Assembly: GCA_947458145.1 (NCBI GenBank)
Contig: CANGYM010000003.1
Span: forward strand, 6,415 to 38,414
From: Alphaproteobacteria bacterium
Lineage (GTDB): Bacteria; Pseudomonadota; Alphaproteobacteria; JAJTHO01; CANGYM01
Direction of reading: 5' to 3'
DNA length: 32,000 nt
A program made the translations under genes and the position numbers. The notes under the pieces were generated by a model. It did not search any database. It was not told the origin of the DNA and saw only the letters and a list, made by a program, of their open reading frames with translations. The first letter of the stretch is position 1. The number at the start of each line of letters is the position of its first letter. Positions 1 through 8,263 of the stretch are shown piece after piece.

Positions 1-1007
1 TGGTCGCCAAACAATTTTTTGACGGCCCGCACTTCGATGACATCACCCGCAGGGGTAGAGGTTCCATGGGCGTTGATATAGTCAATGGCCTCAACGGGCA
101 GAGCGGCGCGTTTTAAGGCCATGCGCATGCATCGATAGGCACCGTCGCCATCTTCAGCAGGGGCTGTGATATGGTGGGCATCACCCGACAATCCATACCC
201 CGTCAGTTCTGCGTAGATTTTAGCGCCGCGGGCACGGGCGTGTTCCAGCTCTTCTAGGACCAGAATGCCTGCACCTTCACCCATAACAAAGCCGTCCCGT
301 CCCCGATCCCAAGGGCGAGAGGCCTTTTCAGGCGTATCATTGTAACCGGTGGACAGGGCTTTTGCAGAGGCAAATCCGGCCATGCCGACGCGGCAGATGG
401 CGGCTTCTGCGCCGCCGGCCACCATAACATCTGCATCCCCCATTTGAATAAACCGTGCGGCATCGCCGATGGCGTGACTTCCTGACGCACAGGCCGTAAC
501 GACAGCATGGTTAGGGCCACGAAAACCGTGTTTGATGGAAATTTGCCCACTGGCCAGATTGATCAGGCTGGATGGGATAAAGAAAGGGCTAACCCTGCGG
601 GGGCCGCGTTCAGCCAGCAACAGGGAGGATCGTTCAATTTCCGGCAATCCCCCGATACCTGAACCAATCATCACACCCGTCTGGTCGGCATCATGATCAT
701 TTTGGGGCGCCCATCCCGCATTCGCAATGGCTTCATCCGCCGCGATCATGGCGTACAAAATGAAATCATCCATGCGCCGGCGATCTTTGTCCGTGATATA
801 GGCAGCAGGATCAAACAGATCCGGATGATGCATCAACTGTCCCGCAATGCGGCAGGGAAGGTCATCCGTTGGAAATCCCAGAATAGGCCGCAGCGCGGAT
901 TGTCCACCAATCAGAAGGGGCCAAGTTTTTTCAACCCCCACACCAAAAGGGGACACAAGGCCCATTCCAGTTACAACAACACGGCGCAAACGAAAGGATT
1001 CTGCCAT
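1..1007 (-). CDS. fabF: Beta-ketoacyl-[acyl-carrier-protein] synthase II, partial (3' end outside window)
   Basis: Open minus-strand frame starting at the CAT complement 1005-1007, translating MAESFRLRRVVVTGMGLV..., the usual KAS II N-terminus. It is immediately downstream of acpP. Absent from the ORF track because it runs off the edge. Confidence 0.93.
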   Translation of the reverse strand, partial: MAESFRLRRVVVTGMGLVSPFGVGVEKTWPLLIGGQSALRPILGFPTDDLPCRIAGQLMHHPDLFDPAAYITDKDRRRMDDFILYAMIAADEAIANAGWAPQNDHDADQTGVMIGSGIGGLPEIERSSLLLAERGPRRVSPFFIPSSLINLASGQISIKHGFRGPNHAVVTACASGSHAIGDAARFIQMGDADVMVAGGAEAAICRVGMAGFASAKALSTGYNDTPEKASRPWDRGRDGFVMGEGAGILVLEELEHARARGAKIYAELTGYGLSGDAHHITAPAEDGDGAYRCMRMALKRAALPVEAIDYINAHGTSTPAGDVIEVRAVKKLFGD

Positions 1008-1058
1008 AACTATCCTCGGATGAAGTCAGACGGGGATGTCAAAGAGCTAGGCCAAGCC

Positions 1059-1298
1059 TTAAGCAGCGGCAGCATTTTGCTCAATAAAAGAAATGGCGTC
1101 CTGAACGGTCTGAATTTTCTCTGCAGCATCATCAGGGATTTCAACGCCGAATTCTTCTTCGAATGCCATGACCAGTTCGACTGTATCGAGGCTGTCTGCC
1201 CCAAGGTCATCCATGAAGCTGGCACCAGCGACCACTTTGCTTTCGTCGACCCCTAAGTGATCAACAACAATTTTCTTGACGCGTCCAAAAATATCCAT
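1059..1298 (-). CDS. acpP: Acyl carrier protein
   Basis: 79 aa; [17 protein letters not shown]...[29 protein letters not shown] with the phosphopantetheine-attachment motif DSL. Confidence 0.98.
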   Translation of the reverse strand: MDIFGRVKKIVVDHLGVDESKVVAGASFMDDLGADSLDTVELVMAFEEEFGVEIPDDAAEKIQTVQDAISFIEQNAAAA

Positions 1299-1384
1299 GA
1301 TTCATCATCCATTCGTTTATGATTGAGAGATGGGACATGATTTAGCCGTCTTTAAAACAGAAATCAAGGCCAGAAATTACCTTT

Positions 1385-2137
1385 ATGACGGAAGACTACC
1401 AATCCTTGATTATCCTGAGAGAAAAGCGCGATTACGGTGCTTTGGATGGGATTTTAGAGAAAAAATTTTTCCGTTTGTATCATGTCCCCGTTTTTAATTA
1501 TGAATTTTTCCCCCCTTTAAAACGCCCTGCCGCCTCTAGCGCGTTGCTTTTTTCCAGTCGCGCAGGGGTTCGGGCGGCATCTGTTCTTTTGCGTCAGATG
1601 GAAAAAGCGCATTGTTTTGTGATCGGGGAGGACACGCAGAATGCCCTTAGGGCTTCTGGTTTTCAAGGAAAAATCGAGCGTTTTTTGACCATACAGGATT
1701 TTTTGGAGCATTGGGTACAGACAAAACGAAAAGATATCAAAGCCGTTCATTATTACAGGGGCGAGGTTGTTAAAAACCCCAACCTCAATCAGCAGCTGTC
1801 TGCCTTAGGTTTGGGGTATAGCGAGGAAATCGTCTATAAAACAGGCTTGATTAAGGAGATTCCCGAATCCATTCTGGCCCTGATGAAAGAATCCAAGCGT
1901 TCCTTAGGTTATGTTGCGGTTTCAGAGCGGGCCATGCGTCATTGGGATAATTTGATTTTCTATCATTGTCTCGTCCCTTTATATCGTAAGGGGCACCTGT
2001 TTTGTTTGAGCAAGGATGTTGCATGCGGGTCACGAGTTATGCCACAATCATCAACGACTGTACCGTTAGAGCCCACAACCACATCTCTGATTGCGTGCAT
2101 TCAATCCTATTATAAGTATTCCCCGCCTATAGGTTAG
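1385..2137 (+). CDS. hemD: Uroporphyrinogen-III synthase-like protein
   Basis: 250 aa. HemD-like pattern (LLFSSRAGVRAA, SERAMRHWDNL, FCLSKDVAC, LEPTTTSLIACI) and position directly upstream of mitofilin-like and HemY-like genes, a common alphaproteobacterial arrangement. The family is very divergent in sequence. Confidence 0.68.
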   Translation: MTEDYQSLIILREKRDYGALDGILEKKFFRLYHVPVFNYEFFPPLKRPAASSALLFSSRAGVRAASVLLRQMEKAHCFVIGEDTQNALRASGFQGKIERFLTIQDFLEHWVQTKRKDIKAVHYYRGEVVKNPNLNQQLSALGLGYSEEIVYKTGLIKEIPESILALMKESKRSLGYVAVSERAMRHWDNLIFYHCLVPLYRKGHLFCLSKDVACGSRVMPQSSTTVPLEPTTTSLIACIQSYYKYSPPIG

Positions 2138-2172
2138 TGCGTTGGTGGGGTGAGTGAGTTGGTGCACACGCT

Positions 2173-3189
2173 ATGAATCTTTCTAACGAAGCCACCATGT
2201 CCAAAAAATTTACAAGGCGCCCCGTTTTCCGTTGGTTATGGATTGCCTTTATCGGGATTGCGTTGGCCTTTGCGGCGGGGTTGGCGGTTGGCCATTATGG
2301 GAATTTTTTTCCTGTTCAAAAGACCCATCCTGCGGCGCCGGCGCCGTCCGTGACTTTAGCGCCCCTTCAGTTACAGCTGGACCGCATTGAAGGGTTGCTG
2401 ACAGAGCTTTCCCGCCGCATTCCCCAGTCCCCCGAGGCACCCTCCCCTGCCCCCTTGTCCTTATCTTTATTGGGATCTTTGGACTTTTCGGAAAAGTCCT
2501 CGGCTGAGGGTAAACAATCCCCCGATACAGATTTGATTTTGGGTAAGGATCTTTTGGATGATCTGTTGTTTTTTTTCGCATCCCAGCCCCTGACGTCACG
2601 GGATGTTGATGCGTTGTTGCGTTTGATGCAAAATCTTTTTCCTGAAAAAAAGACCGATGATCTTTTGATTTTGCGATCCTCCTATGCCCATTTTGTGGAT
2701 CAAGCCGAAGGGTTGGTGTTGCTGCCTGAGCCTATTGTTGGGGCGAGTGAGCCACCATCCCCTGCACCGGCGTCGTTTTGGTCGGGTTTTTTGAGTCATT
2801 TTGTGACGGTTCGCGGCCCAGGTGAGCTGAACGCCGACGATGCTTCGGCCGTGCCCGAGGTGGTGGGTGTTTATAACGATGCCTATGACGCCTGGCAAAA
2901 CACAATTTTACCGGCCCTGCGCAAAGGACGCCCAGAGGAAGCTGCGGAGTTTGTTCAAAAGTTGGATGCACGGGCTTTGTTTGCCGACGATGCCCGCTGG
3001 CAAATCTGGAAACAGGATTTCGCGGCATGGCTTCGGTGTTATCTGTGGCTGCGTTCCGCACGCATGGATATGACGCGCCAAATGATTCAACAGATGACGG
3101 ATCATACTTCACCCGCCCCCATAACGCCGCCCCATGATTCCTTTGTGCCGGAAAGTCCCGTGGACAACCAGAAAGAGGGGGCGCCATGA
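2173..3189 (+). CDS. Mitofilin/HemX-like inner membrane protein
   Basis: Single N-terminal TM segment (WLWIAFIGIALAFAAGLAVGHYG) and a long periplasmic region; located between hemD-like and hemY-like genes. Start may be 2197 (MSKKFTRR). Confidence 0.6.
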   Translation: MNLSNEATMSKKFTRRPVFRWLWIAFIGIALAFAAGLAVGHYGNFFPVQKTHPAAPAPSVTLAPLQLQLDRIEGLLTELSRRIPQSPEAPSPAPLSLSLLGSLDFSEKSSAEGKQSPDTDLILGKDLLDDLLFFFASQPLTSRDVDALLRLMQNLFPEKKTDDLLILRSSYAHFVDQAEGLVLLPEPIVGASEPPSPAPASFWSGFLSHFVTVRGPGELNADDASAVPEVVGVYNDAYDAWQNTILPALRKGRPEEAAEFVQKLDARALFADDARWQIWKQDFAAWLRCYLWLRSARMDMTRQMIQQMTDHTSPAPITPPHDSFVPESPVDNQKEGAP

Positions 3190-4391
3190 AAACGGCCATA
3201 ACCCTAGTTTTGCTGGTTGTTTTGGTGGCGGGTATTCAGTTTCTTTCTGCCGATACGGTGACGATTTTGCTGGCTGGATATGAAATCAGCATGTCCCTGT
3301 CTGTGGCGTTAACGTTTATATTGATTTTGTTTTTTTTGGCCCATGGGGTGCTCAGCAGCATTGCCTCCCTGATGGCATGGTCACAACATCGCAGTTTGCG
3401 CCGCCAGTTGCAGCGTTCGCAGGAATCGTTGGACACCTTGGGCCTGTGTTGGCAGGCGGTGGTGTTGCAGGACAAAAAGGGCGCCGATCGCCATTTGGGG
3501 GTTTTGAAAAAGTCGCTCAGGGACAATCCGTTGCTCCCCTATTTGCAGGGCCGTGTTTGTGAAATGAAGGGGGATATGGAGGGGGCCCGTCAGGCGTACC
3601 AAGCCCTGATGTTTGATCCCAAGCTGAGCGCGTTGGGGATTCGCGAGCTGACCCATTTGCCTGATAATCAAACGAAAGATCCCTTTCAGTGGCTGAGTAC
3701 CCTGAGTGTTGAGCAGAGACAGGAGCCTTGGGCCGTTCGCGCCCTGATGGCGCGGGCCTTGGTGACGGCAGACATCGACGGGGCAAACCAACTGTTTCGC
3801 ACCCATCGCCGGATTTTTGATGCCAAGGAAAGCCTGCGCATGGAAAAAGCCATTGCGGCGGTAGAGGCCAAACAATTCTGGCAGGTGTATACTGACAGCC
3901 AAAAACAGGATCCGGACGCCCTTGCTCAGGCCCAAGAGGCTTTTAAAAAAGCCTATCAACGGGATCGCAGCGATGTTTCCATGCGCTCTCTTTACGCAGG
4001 GTCCCTGTGTGAAACCGATGCGCGGGAGGCCCTTTCCCTGATGAAAAAAATCCTGCCCCAAGGCGCAGGGTTTTTGTTTGTGCAAACCCTGTTGATGCAA
4101 ATCATCCGGTCTTTACCGGAAAAAGAGCGCACGAAAACCATAAAATCCATGGATATCAAAGAAAATTCCCCCCTGTATCATCGCCTGATGGCCTCTGTTT
4201 TTGAGAGTTTGGGGTTTGTTGAAAAGCTGGCCTATCACGAAGCCGAGGTTATCCGTTTGCAGCCCTCAGACACCGATGCTCTTCGTCATGCTTGGATCTG
4301 TGATCACTGTCAGGATCAAAGCGTGACGTGGCAGCCCGTTTGCGGGAATTGTAAAACCATAGGGTCATACACCATGGCAATCTCCAGTTAA
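3186..4391 (+). CDS. hemY: HemY-like protein (heme biosynthesis-associated, TPR-containing)
   Basis: Two N-terminal TM helices (MKTAITLVLLVVLVAGIQF..., ALTFILILFFLAHGV) followed by TPR-like helices; 4 nt overlap with the upstream gene; C-terminal CDHC...CGNC motif. Confidence 0.75.
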   Translation: MKTAITLVLLVVLVAGIQFLSADTVTILLAGYEISMSLSVALTFILILFFLAHGVLSSIASLMAWSQHRSLRRQLQRSQESLDTLGLCWQAVVLQDKKGADRHLGVLKKSLRDNPLLPYLQGRVCEMKGDMEGARQAYQALMFDPKLSALGIRELTHLPDNQTKDPFQWLSTLSVEQRQEPWAVRALMARALVTADIDGANQLFRTHRRIFDAKESLRMEKAIAAVEAKQFWQVYTDSQKQDPDALAQAQEAFKKAYQRDRSDVSMRSLYAGSLCETDAREALSLMKKILPQGAGFLFVQTLLMQIIRSLPEKERTKTIKSMDIKENSPLYHRLMASVFESLGFVEKLAYHEAEVIRLQPSDTDALRHAWICDHCQDQSVTWQPVCGNCKTIGSYTMAISS

Positions 4392-4406
4392 GATGCTGTA
4401 TTAACA

Positions 4407-4937
4407 ATGAATCGCGCGTTATTTTTGGATCGTGATGGGGTGATTAACCAAGAGGTGAATTATGCCCATCGTCCTGACCAGATTGTGTTTGTTGAGGGTA
4501 TTTTTGATCTTTGTCACGCGGCCCAGAATTTAGGATATTTTTTGATTGTGGTCACCAATCAGGCAGGGATCGGGCGGGGGTATTATACTGAGGCCCAATT
4601 TCACCACCTCACCCAATGGATTGACTATCAGTTTAAGGATAGGGGTATCCTTTTGCACGAAACCTATTTTTGTCCGGATCATCCGGACCATGGGTTAGGG
4701 CCGTATAAAAAAGAATCCTTTGATCGCAAGCCCCACCCTGGCATGATTTTGAAAGGCATAGAAAAATATGGCCTTTCGCCGGAATCCTCTCTGATGATCG
4801 GGGACCGCGAAACCGATATGCAGGCCGCCCGCGCCGCCTGTATCGGAACAAAGCTGTTGCTTTGCCCCGAAAAACCCCAGCAAACAGACGCGGATTGTTG
4901 GATTACGGGGTTGCATCAGGGGATGGAGTATCTTTAG
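4407..4937 (+). CDS. gmhB: HAD-family D-glycero-beta-D-manno-heptose-1,7-bisphosphate 7-phosphatase
   Basis: FLDRDGVINQEVNYAHRPDQ, VTNQAGIGRGYYTE, CPDHPDH..., SLMIGDRETDMQAARAACI: HAD motifs typical of GmhB. Confidence 0.85.
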   Translation: MNRALFLDRDGVINQEVNYAHRPDQIVFVEGIFDLCHAAQNLGYFLIVVTNQAGIGRGYYTEAQFHHLTQWIDYQFKDRGILLHETYFCPDHPDHGLGPYKKESFDRKPHPGMILKGIEKYGLSPESSLMIGDRETDMQAARAACIGTKLLLCPEKPQQTDADCWITGLHQGMEYL

Positions 4938-4966
4938 GATTTTCTCGGGCATCATCGGCGGGGGGA

Positions 4967-5473
4967 TTAAAGACAAAACCCCCTGCGAGCCACAATTTTT
5001 TTATCCGACAGGCGAATCTCCACCACAGCATCCTTGATCAACGGCAGGGTGACCTCCCCCCCTGAGGGGGTTTGGATGTCAAAAAAATCGCCAGCCCCAT
5101 AATTTTGCACAGCGATCACCTGCCCCAGAACGTCCCCGGTCTCTTCATCCACAACCACGGATCCGATCAGATCTGTGTGATACCACGCATCGTCCTCTAA
5201 AACCGGTAGGGCGCTGCGGGCAATGCCCAGCTCGACACCGCGCAGGGTTTCGGCGTGCGTGCGGGTTGTGACCCCATCGAAATGCAAAACCCAGCCCTTT
5301 CCCTGTGGGCGACTTTTTTTGATCACAAAGGCATCCCCTGTCACCGTTTTCAGGGTGCCATAGGTCATCAGGGTTTTGGGGTCATGATAGGCGTGAATGA
5401 TCACATCACCGCCCAGGCTATGGGCCCGCACAATTCGGCACAGGGGCACAAAATCATCCGCTGTCGCCATCAT
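4967..5473 (-). CDS. rimM: Ribosome maturation factor RimM
   Basis: VPLCRIVRAHSLGGDVIIHAYHDPK...YHTDLIGSVVVDEETGDVLGQVIAVQNYGAGDFFDIQ...LPLIKDAVVEIRLSDKKIV: RimM N-domain and PRC-barrel pattern. Confidence 0.93.
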   Translation of the reverse strand: MMATADDFVPLCRIVRAHSLGGDVIIHAYHDPKTLMTYGTLKTVTGDAFVIKKSRPQGKGWVLHFDGVTTRTHAETLRGVELGIARSALPVLEDDAWYHTDLIGSVVVDEETGDVLGQVIAVQNYGAGDFFDIQTPSGGEVTLPLIKDAVVEIRLSDKKIVARRGFCL

Positions 5474-5706
5474 GATTCGGGAACGCTGGTTTTCAGGGCT
5501 AGGGCGTGAAGCTCGGTCCCCATTTTTCCCTGCAGCGCCTGATACACCATTTGATGCTGCTGAATGCGGGTTTTTCCAACAAAATCTGCCGATATAACAT
5601 GGGCAGAATAGTGATCCCCGTCCCCAGCCAAATCCTCAATATGGACTTGGGCGCCTGGAAAAGCCGAGAGAATCATTGTTTTTAGGGTGTTTGCATCCAT
5701 GGCCAT
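5470..5706 (-). CDS. BolA/IbaG family protein
   Basis: 78 aa; FPGAQVHIEDLAGDGDHYSAHVISADFVGKTRIQQHQMVYQALQGKMGTELHALALKT. Overlaps rimM by 4 nt. Confidence 0.9.
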   Translation of the reverse strand: MAMDANTLKTMILSAFPGAQVHIEDLAGDGDHYSAHVISADFVGKTRIQQHQMVYQALQGKMGTELHALALKTSVPES

Positions 5707-5717
5707 AGCGTCAAACC

Positions 5718-6182
5718 CTATTTGTTTGCGTCTTTTTCATTGGGTAAGGAAGAAAAGCGGCCGTAATTCCCCAGCAGCTGTTCAATGGCAGAGAGCTTGT
5801 GCCCCGCCGTGGGTGTGGCTTGGCTTTCATAGCTGATTTCGCGGTAAGCATCTGTGCCCCGCATAACAAAGGCATCCAAAACACCCTGATCGTCAAAGGA
5901 CACAATTACGATTTTTTGTTCCAGCAATTTGGGGCCACCAAAGGGTTGTTGTTCAACCTTTTGGCCGATGTAATGCCAGATGTTCGGATCAAAGGTGGAG
6001 ATGGTCGTGGGTGTGCCCAGCAAAGATCGCACGTCATCTTTTTTCAAAACCCCCACACGCAAGGATTGCACTTTGTCGTCGGGCAGAATTTCCCCGTTGG
6101 TTTTCACAATGGGGGCACACGATGCGACAAACAAAATGACGCCATAGGCCAAAAGCCAGAAAAGCATGCCAAAACGTTTCAT
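5718..6182 (-). CDS. bamE: Outer membrane protein assembly factor BamE (SmpA/OmlA)
   Basis: Lipoprotein signal MKRFGMLFWLLAYGVILFVASCAP; LRVGVLKKDDVRSLLGTPTTISTFDPNIWHYIGQ. The longer ORF start at 6215 is possible, but the lipobox fits the 6182 start. Confidence 0.88.
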   Translation of the reverse strand: MKRFGMLFWLLAYGVILFVASCAPIVKTNGEILPDDKVQSLRVGVLKKDDVRSLLGTPTTISTFDPNIWHYIGQKVEQQPFGGPKLLEQKIVIVSFDDQGVLDAFVMRGTDAYREISYESQATPTAGHKLSAIEQLLGNYGRFSSLPNEKDANK

Positions 6183-6298
6183 AGAATCCCAAAAAATTAA
6201 CAAGCTGATGACCATGACAAAGCCAGAAAAGGCAAGCCTGTGTCAATAACTAAAACAGTGGGGATGGTTCATCCATTTCTTCCTTGCCAAAAGCTCTG

Positions 6299-6327
6299 CC
6301 CTACCCTTTTATGGGTGGGGTTTTTTT
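6299..6327 (+). terminator. Terminator-like hairpin upstream of ispA (possible attenuator)
   Basis: CCCTACCC-TTTTAT-GGGTGGGG followed by TTTTTTT. Eight pairs including one U-G, 6 nt loop, then 7 T. No plus-strand gene lies directly upstream (bamE is on the minus strand). Confidence 0.5.
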
Positions 6328-6361
6328 ATGCCACAGCCACCGCGCCAAAATTGCCAAAATT

Positions 6362-7225
6362 ATGACCTATTTCCCCCTGTTTTTAAAAACGTTTGCCGAA
6401 GATCTGGATGCCTTTATGGGCAAGGCATTGTCGGAAAACCATATTTTGGATCAGGCCATGCGCTATAGCGCCGTTCCCTCTGGCAAGGCCATACGCGGAT
6501 TTTTGGTGCGGGAAAGTTTGCGTTTGGCGGGATTTTCCGAGGATGCTTTTTGGGACATTGCGGCGGCTTTTGAGTTGTTTCACACCTATTCCCTGATTCA
6601 TGATGATCTGCCCTGTATGGACAATGCGGCATTGCGGCGGGGGCGGCCCACGTGTCATCTGGCCTTTGATGAAGCCACCGCCGTTTTGGCAGGGGACGCT
6701 TTGCAGGCCGAGGCTTTTGTTCTGCTGTCCACCCCAAGCCCCTCGTTTCAATCCAAAGGTCAAATCCGCCTGATTCATCGTTTGGCCGTATCTGCGGGGC
6801 GCTGCGGCATGGCTTTGGGTCAGGCCATCGATATTGCCGGCACGGTCAATACGCTGCAGGATTTAAAGGCCATGCACCTGTTAAAAACCGGTGTTTTGAT
6901 TCAAACGGCGGCCATGGCGGGGGGCTTGCTTGGCGGTGATGAGGGGTTTACCCACACCATGGAAACCTTTGGGGGGCTGTTGGGTCTGGCCTTTCAAGTG
7001 CGTGATGATTTGCTGGATATCGAAGGGTGCCCACAGGAAACAGGAAAAACCGCAGGCCAAGATCAACACAATCAGCGCGTAACGTTTATCAATCTTTTGG
7101 GCCCCACAGGCAGTCAAGACCTGCTGCGTGATTTGGAAAAACAAGCGGGGGATTGCCTTGCGACCCTGCCCAACGCGGGCCATTTGCCGGATCTTCTGTC
7201 CTTTATTATCCACCGGCGCTGGTAG
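6362..7225 (+). CDS. ispA: Polyprenyl synthetase family protein (farnesyl/geranyl diphosphate synthase)
   Basis: Both aspartate-rich motifs are present: LIHDDLPCMDNAALRRGRPTCH and LAFQVRDDLLDIEG, plus GKTAGQDQHNQRVTF. Start site uncertain (the ORF opens at 6284; 6311 and 6362 are in-frame ATGs). Confidence 0.9.
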   Translation: MTYFPLFLKTFAEDLDAFMGKALSENHILDQAMRYSAVPSGKAIRGFLVRESLRLAGFSEDAFWDIAAAFELFHTYSLIHDDLPCMDNAALRRGRPTCHLAFDEATAVLAGDALQAEAFVLLSTPSPSFQSKGQIRLIHRLAVSAGRCGMALGQAIDIAGTVNTLQDLKAMHLLKTGVLIQTAAMAGGLLGGDEGFTHTMETFGGLLGLAFQVRDDLLDIEGCPQETGKTAGQDQHNQRVTFINLLGPTGSQDLLRDLEKQAGDCLATLPNAGHLPDLLSFIIHRRW

Positions 7226-7333
7226 GGCCGAGGGGGCTGGCGTTTGGGGGCGTGTCTTTCTCTTTACAGAGGCACCAAGAGCTTGATACAAAGAAACGAG
7301 GCCCCTGAACATTCATAAAGGACAAAGGACGCT

Positions 7334-7660
7334 ATGCAGCCGCAAATGAATCAAATTTTACAACAAGCCCAAAAAATGCAGCAAAAGCTTCAGCAAGCCC
7401 AGCAAGAGGTTGAGAAGATTGAGCGCGAAGGGACATCCGGCGGGGGCATGGTGAAAATCACCCTGAACGGTAAGTTTCAAGCCCGAGGTTTAAAAGTTGA
7501 CCCCAGCCTGCTGAAGGAAGAAGAGCGCGATGTTTTAGAAGACTTGATCGTGGCGGCCATCAATGACGCCCACCAAAAAATCGAACAGGCGTCACAAGAA
7601 ACCATGAGCAAAGTTACGGCGGGCATGCCGTTACCCCCTGGCATGAAATTGCCTTTCTAA
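7334..7660 (+). CDS. YbaB/EbfC family nucleoid-associated protein
   Basis: 108 aa; MNQILQQAQKMQQKLQQAQQEVEKIEREGTSGGGMVKITLNGK; immediately upstream of recR, as is typical. Confidence 0.93.
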   Translation: MQPQMNQILQQAQKMQQKLQQAQQEVEKIEREGTSGGGMVKITLNGKFQARGLKVDPSLLKEEERDVLEDLIVAAINDAHQKIEQASQETMSKVTAGMPLPPGMKLPF

Positions 7661-7682
7661 AGGTATGATCCAGGGCGAAGAA

Positions 7683-8258
7683 ATGCAGCAGGCCATAAAG
7701 GTTTTGGCCCAGCTGCCTGGGTTTGGTCAGCGTTCTGCGCGTCGCGCCCTGTTGCATTTGTTGATTCACAAAGACAGGAAAATGGCGCCTTTGATTCAGG
7801 CCCTAAAAACCTGCCATGATACCATCGTCGCCTGCCGGATGTGTGGTCATCTGGATACCGTGAATCCGTGTCACATTTGCCAGTCCCCCCGTCGTCATCG
7901 TCACCAGTTGTGTGTTGTTGAGTCCGTTTCGGACCTGTGGGCCATGGAGCGAACAGGCAGTTACCACGGCCTTTATCATGTTCTTGGGGGGGTTCTCTCC
8001 GCCATGGACGATGTGCGCCCTGAACATTTGGGGTTGTCCCGATTGATCGAAAGGGTGGATGATTTGCAGGTGGAGGAGGTTATTTTTGCCCTGAATGCCT
8101 CGTTAGAGGCCCAGACCACAGTTTTCGTCATCACAGAATCCCTGCCCAAAAGTCTGAAAATCACCCAGCTGGCCCAGGGCATTCCCATAGGGGGGGAGCT
8201 GGATTATATGGATGATGCCACCCTGCAAACCGCTCTTCAGCGGCGCGGGGTTTTATAA
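7683..8258 (+). CDS. recR: Recombination mediator protein RecR
   Basis: LAQLPGFGQRSARRALLHLL; zinc finger CRMCGHLDTVNPCHIC; Toprim LCVVESVSDLWAMERTGSYHGLYHVLGG. ORF opens at 7665; 7683 is the likelier start. Confidence 0.95.
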   Translation: MQQAIKVLAQLPGFGQRSARRALLHLLIHKDRKMAPLIQALKTCHDTIVACRMCGHLDTVNPCHICQSPRRHRHQLCVVESVSDLWAMERTGSYHGLYHVLGGVLSAMDDVRPEHLGLSRLIERVDDLQVEEVIFALNASLEAQTTVFVITESLPKSLKITQLAQGIPIGGELDYMDDATLQTALQRRGVL

Positions 8259-8263
8259 TCACA

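Noticed and set aside
254-550. 98-aa plus-strand ORF at the left edge
   Set aside because: Lies antisense inside fabF.
693-1256. 187-aa plus-strand ORF spanning fabF/acpP region
   Set aside because: Antisense to the fabF start and most of acpP; spurious.
1385-2137. Odd C-terminus of the hemD-like gene (SRVMPQSSTTVPLEPTTTSLIACIQSYY) considered as a frameshift
   Set aside because: The end still fits the usual HemD pattern (Pro-Thr...Leu-Ile) and length, so a frameshift is not required.
3381-4100. 239-aa minus-strand ORF opposite the hemY-like gene
   Set aside because: Antisense shadow; the plus-strand HemY-like frame has TM helices, TPR character and operon context.
7226-7333. 108 bp spacer between ispA and ybaB examined as a possible small RNA (SRP RNA or tRNA)
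   Set aside because: No SRP RNA core motif or tRNA T-arm consensus seen; only a weak GGGGC/GCCCC long-range pairing.
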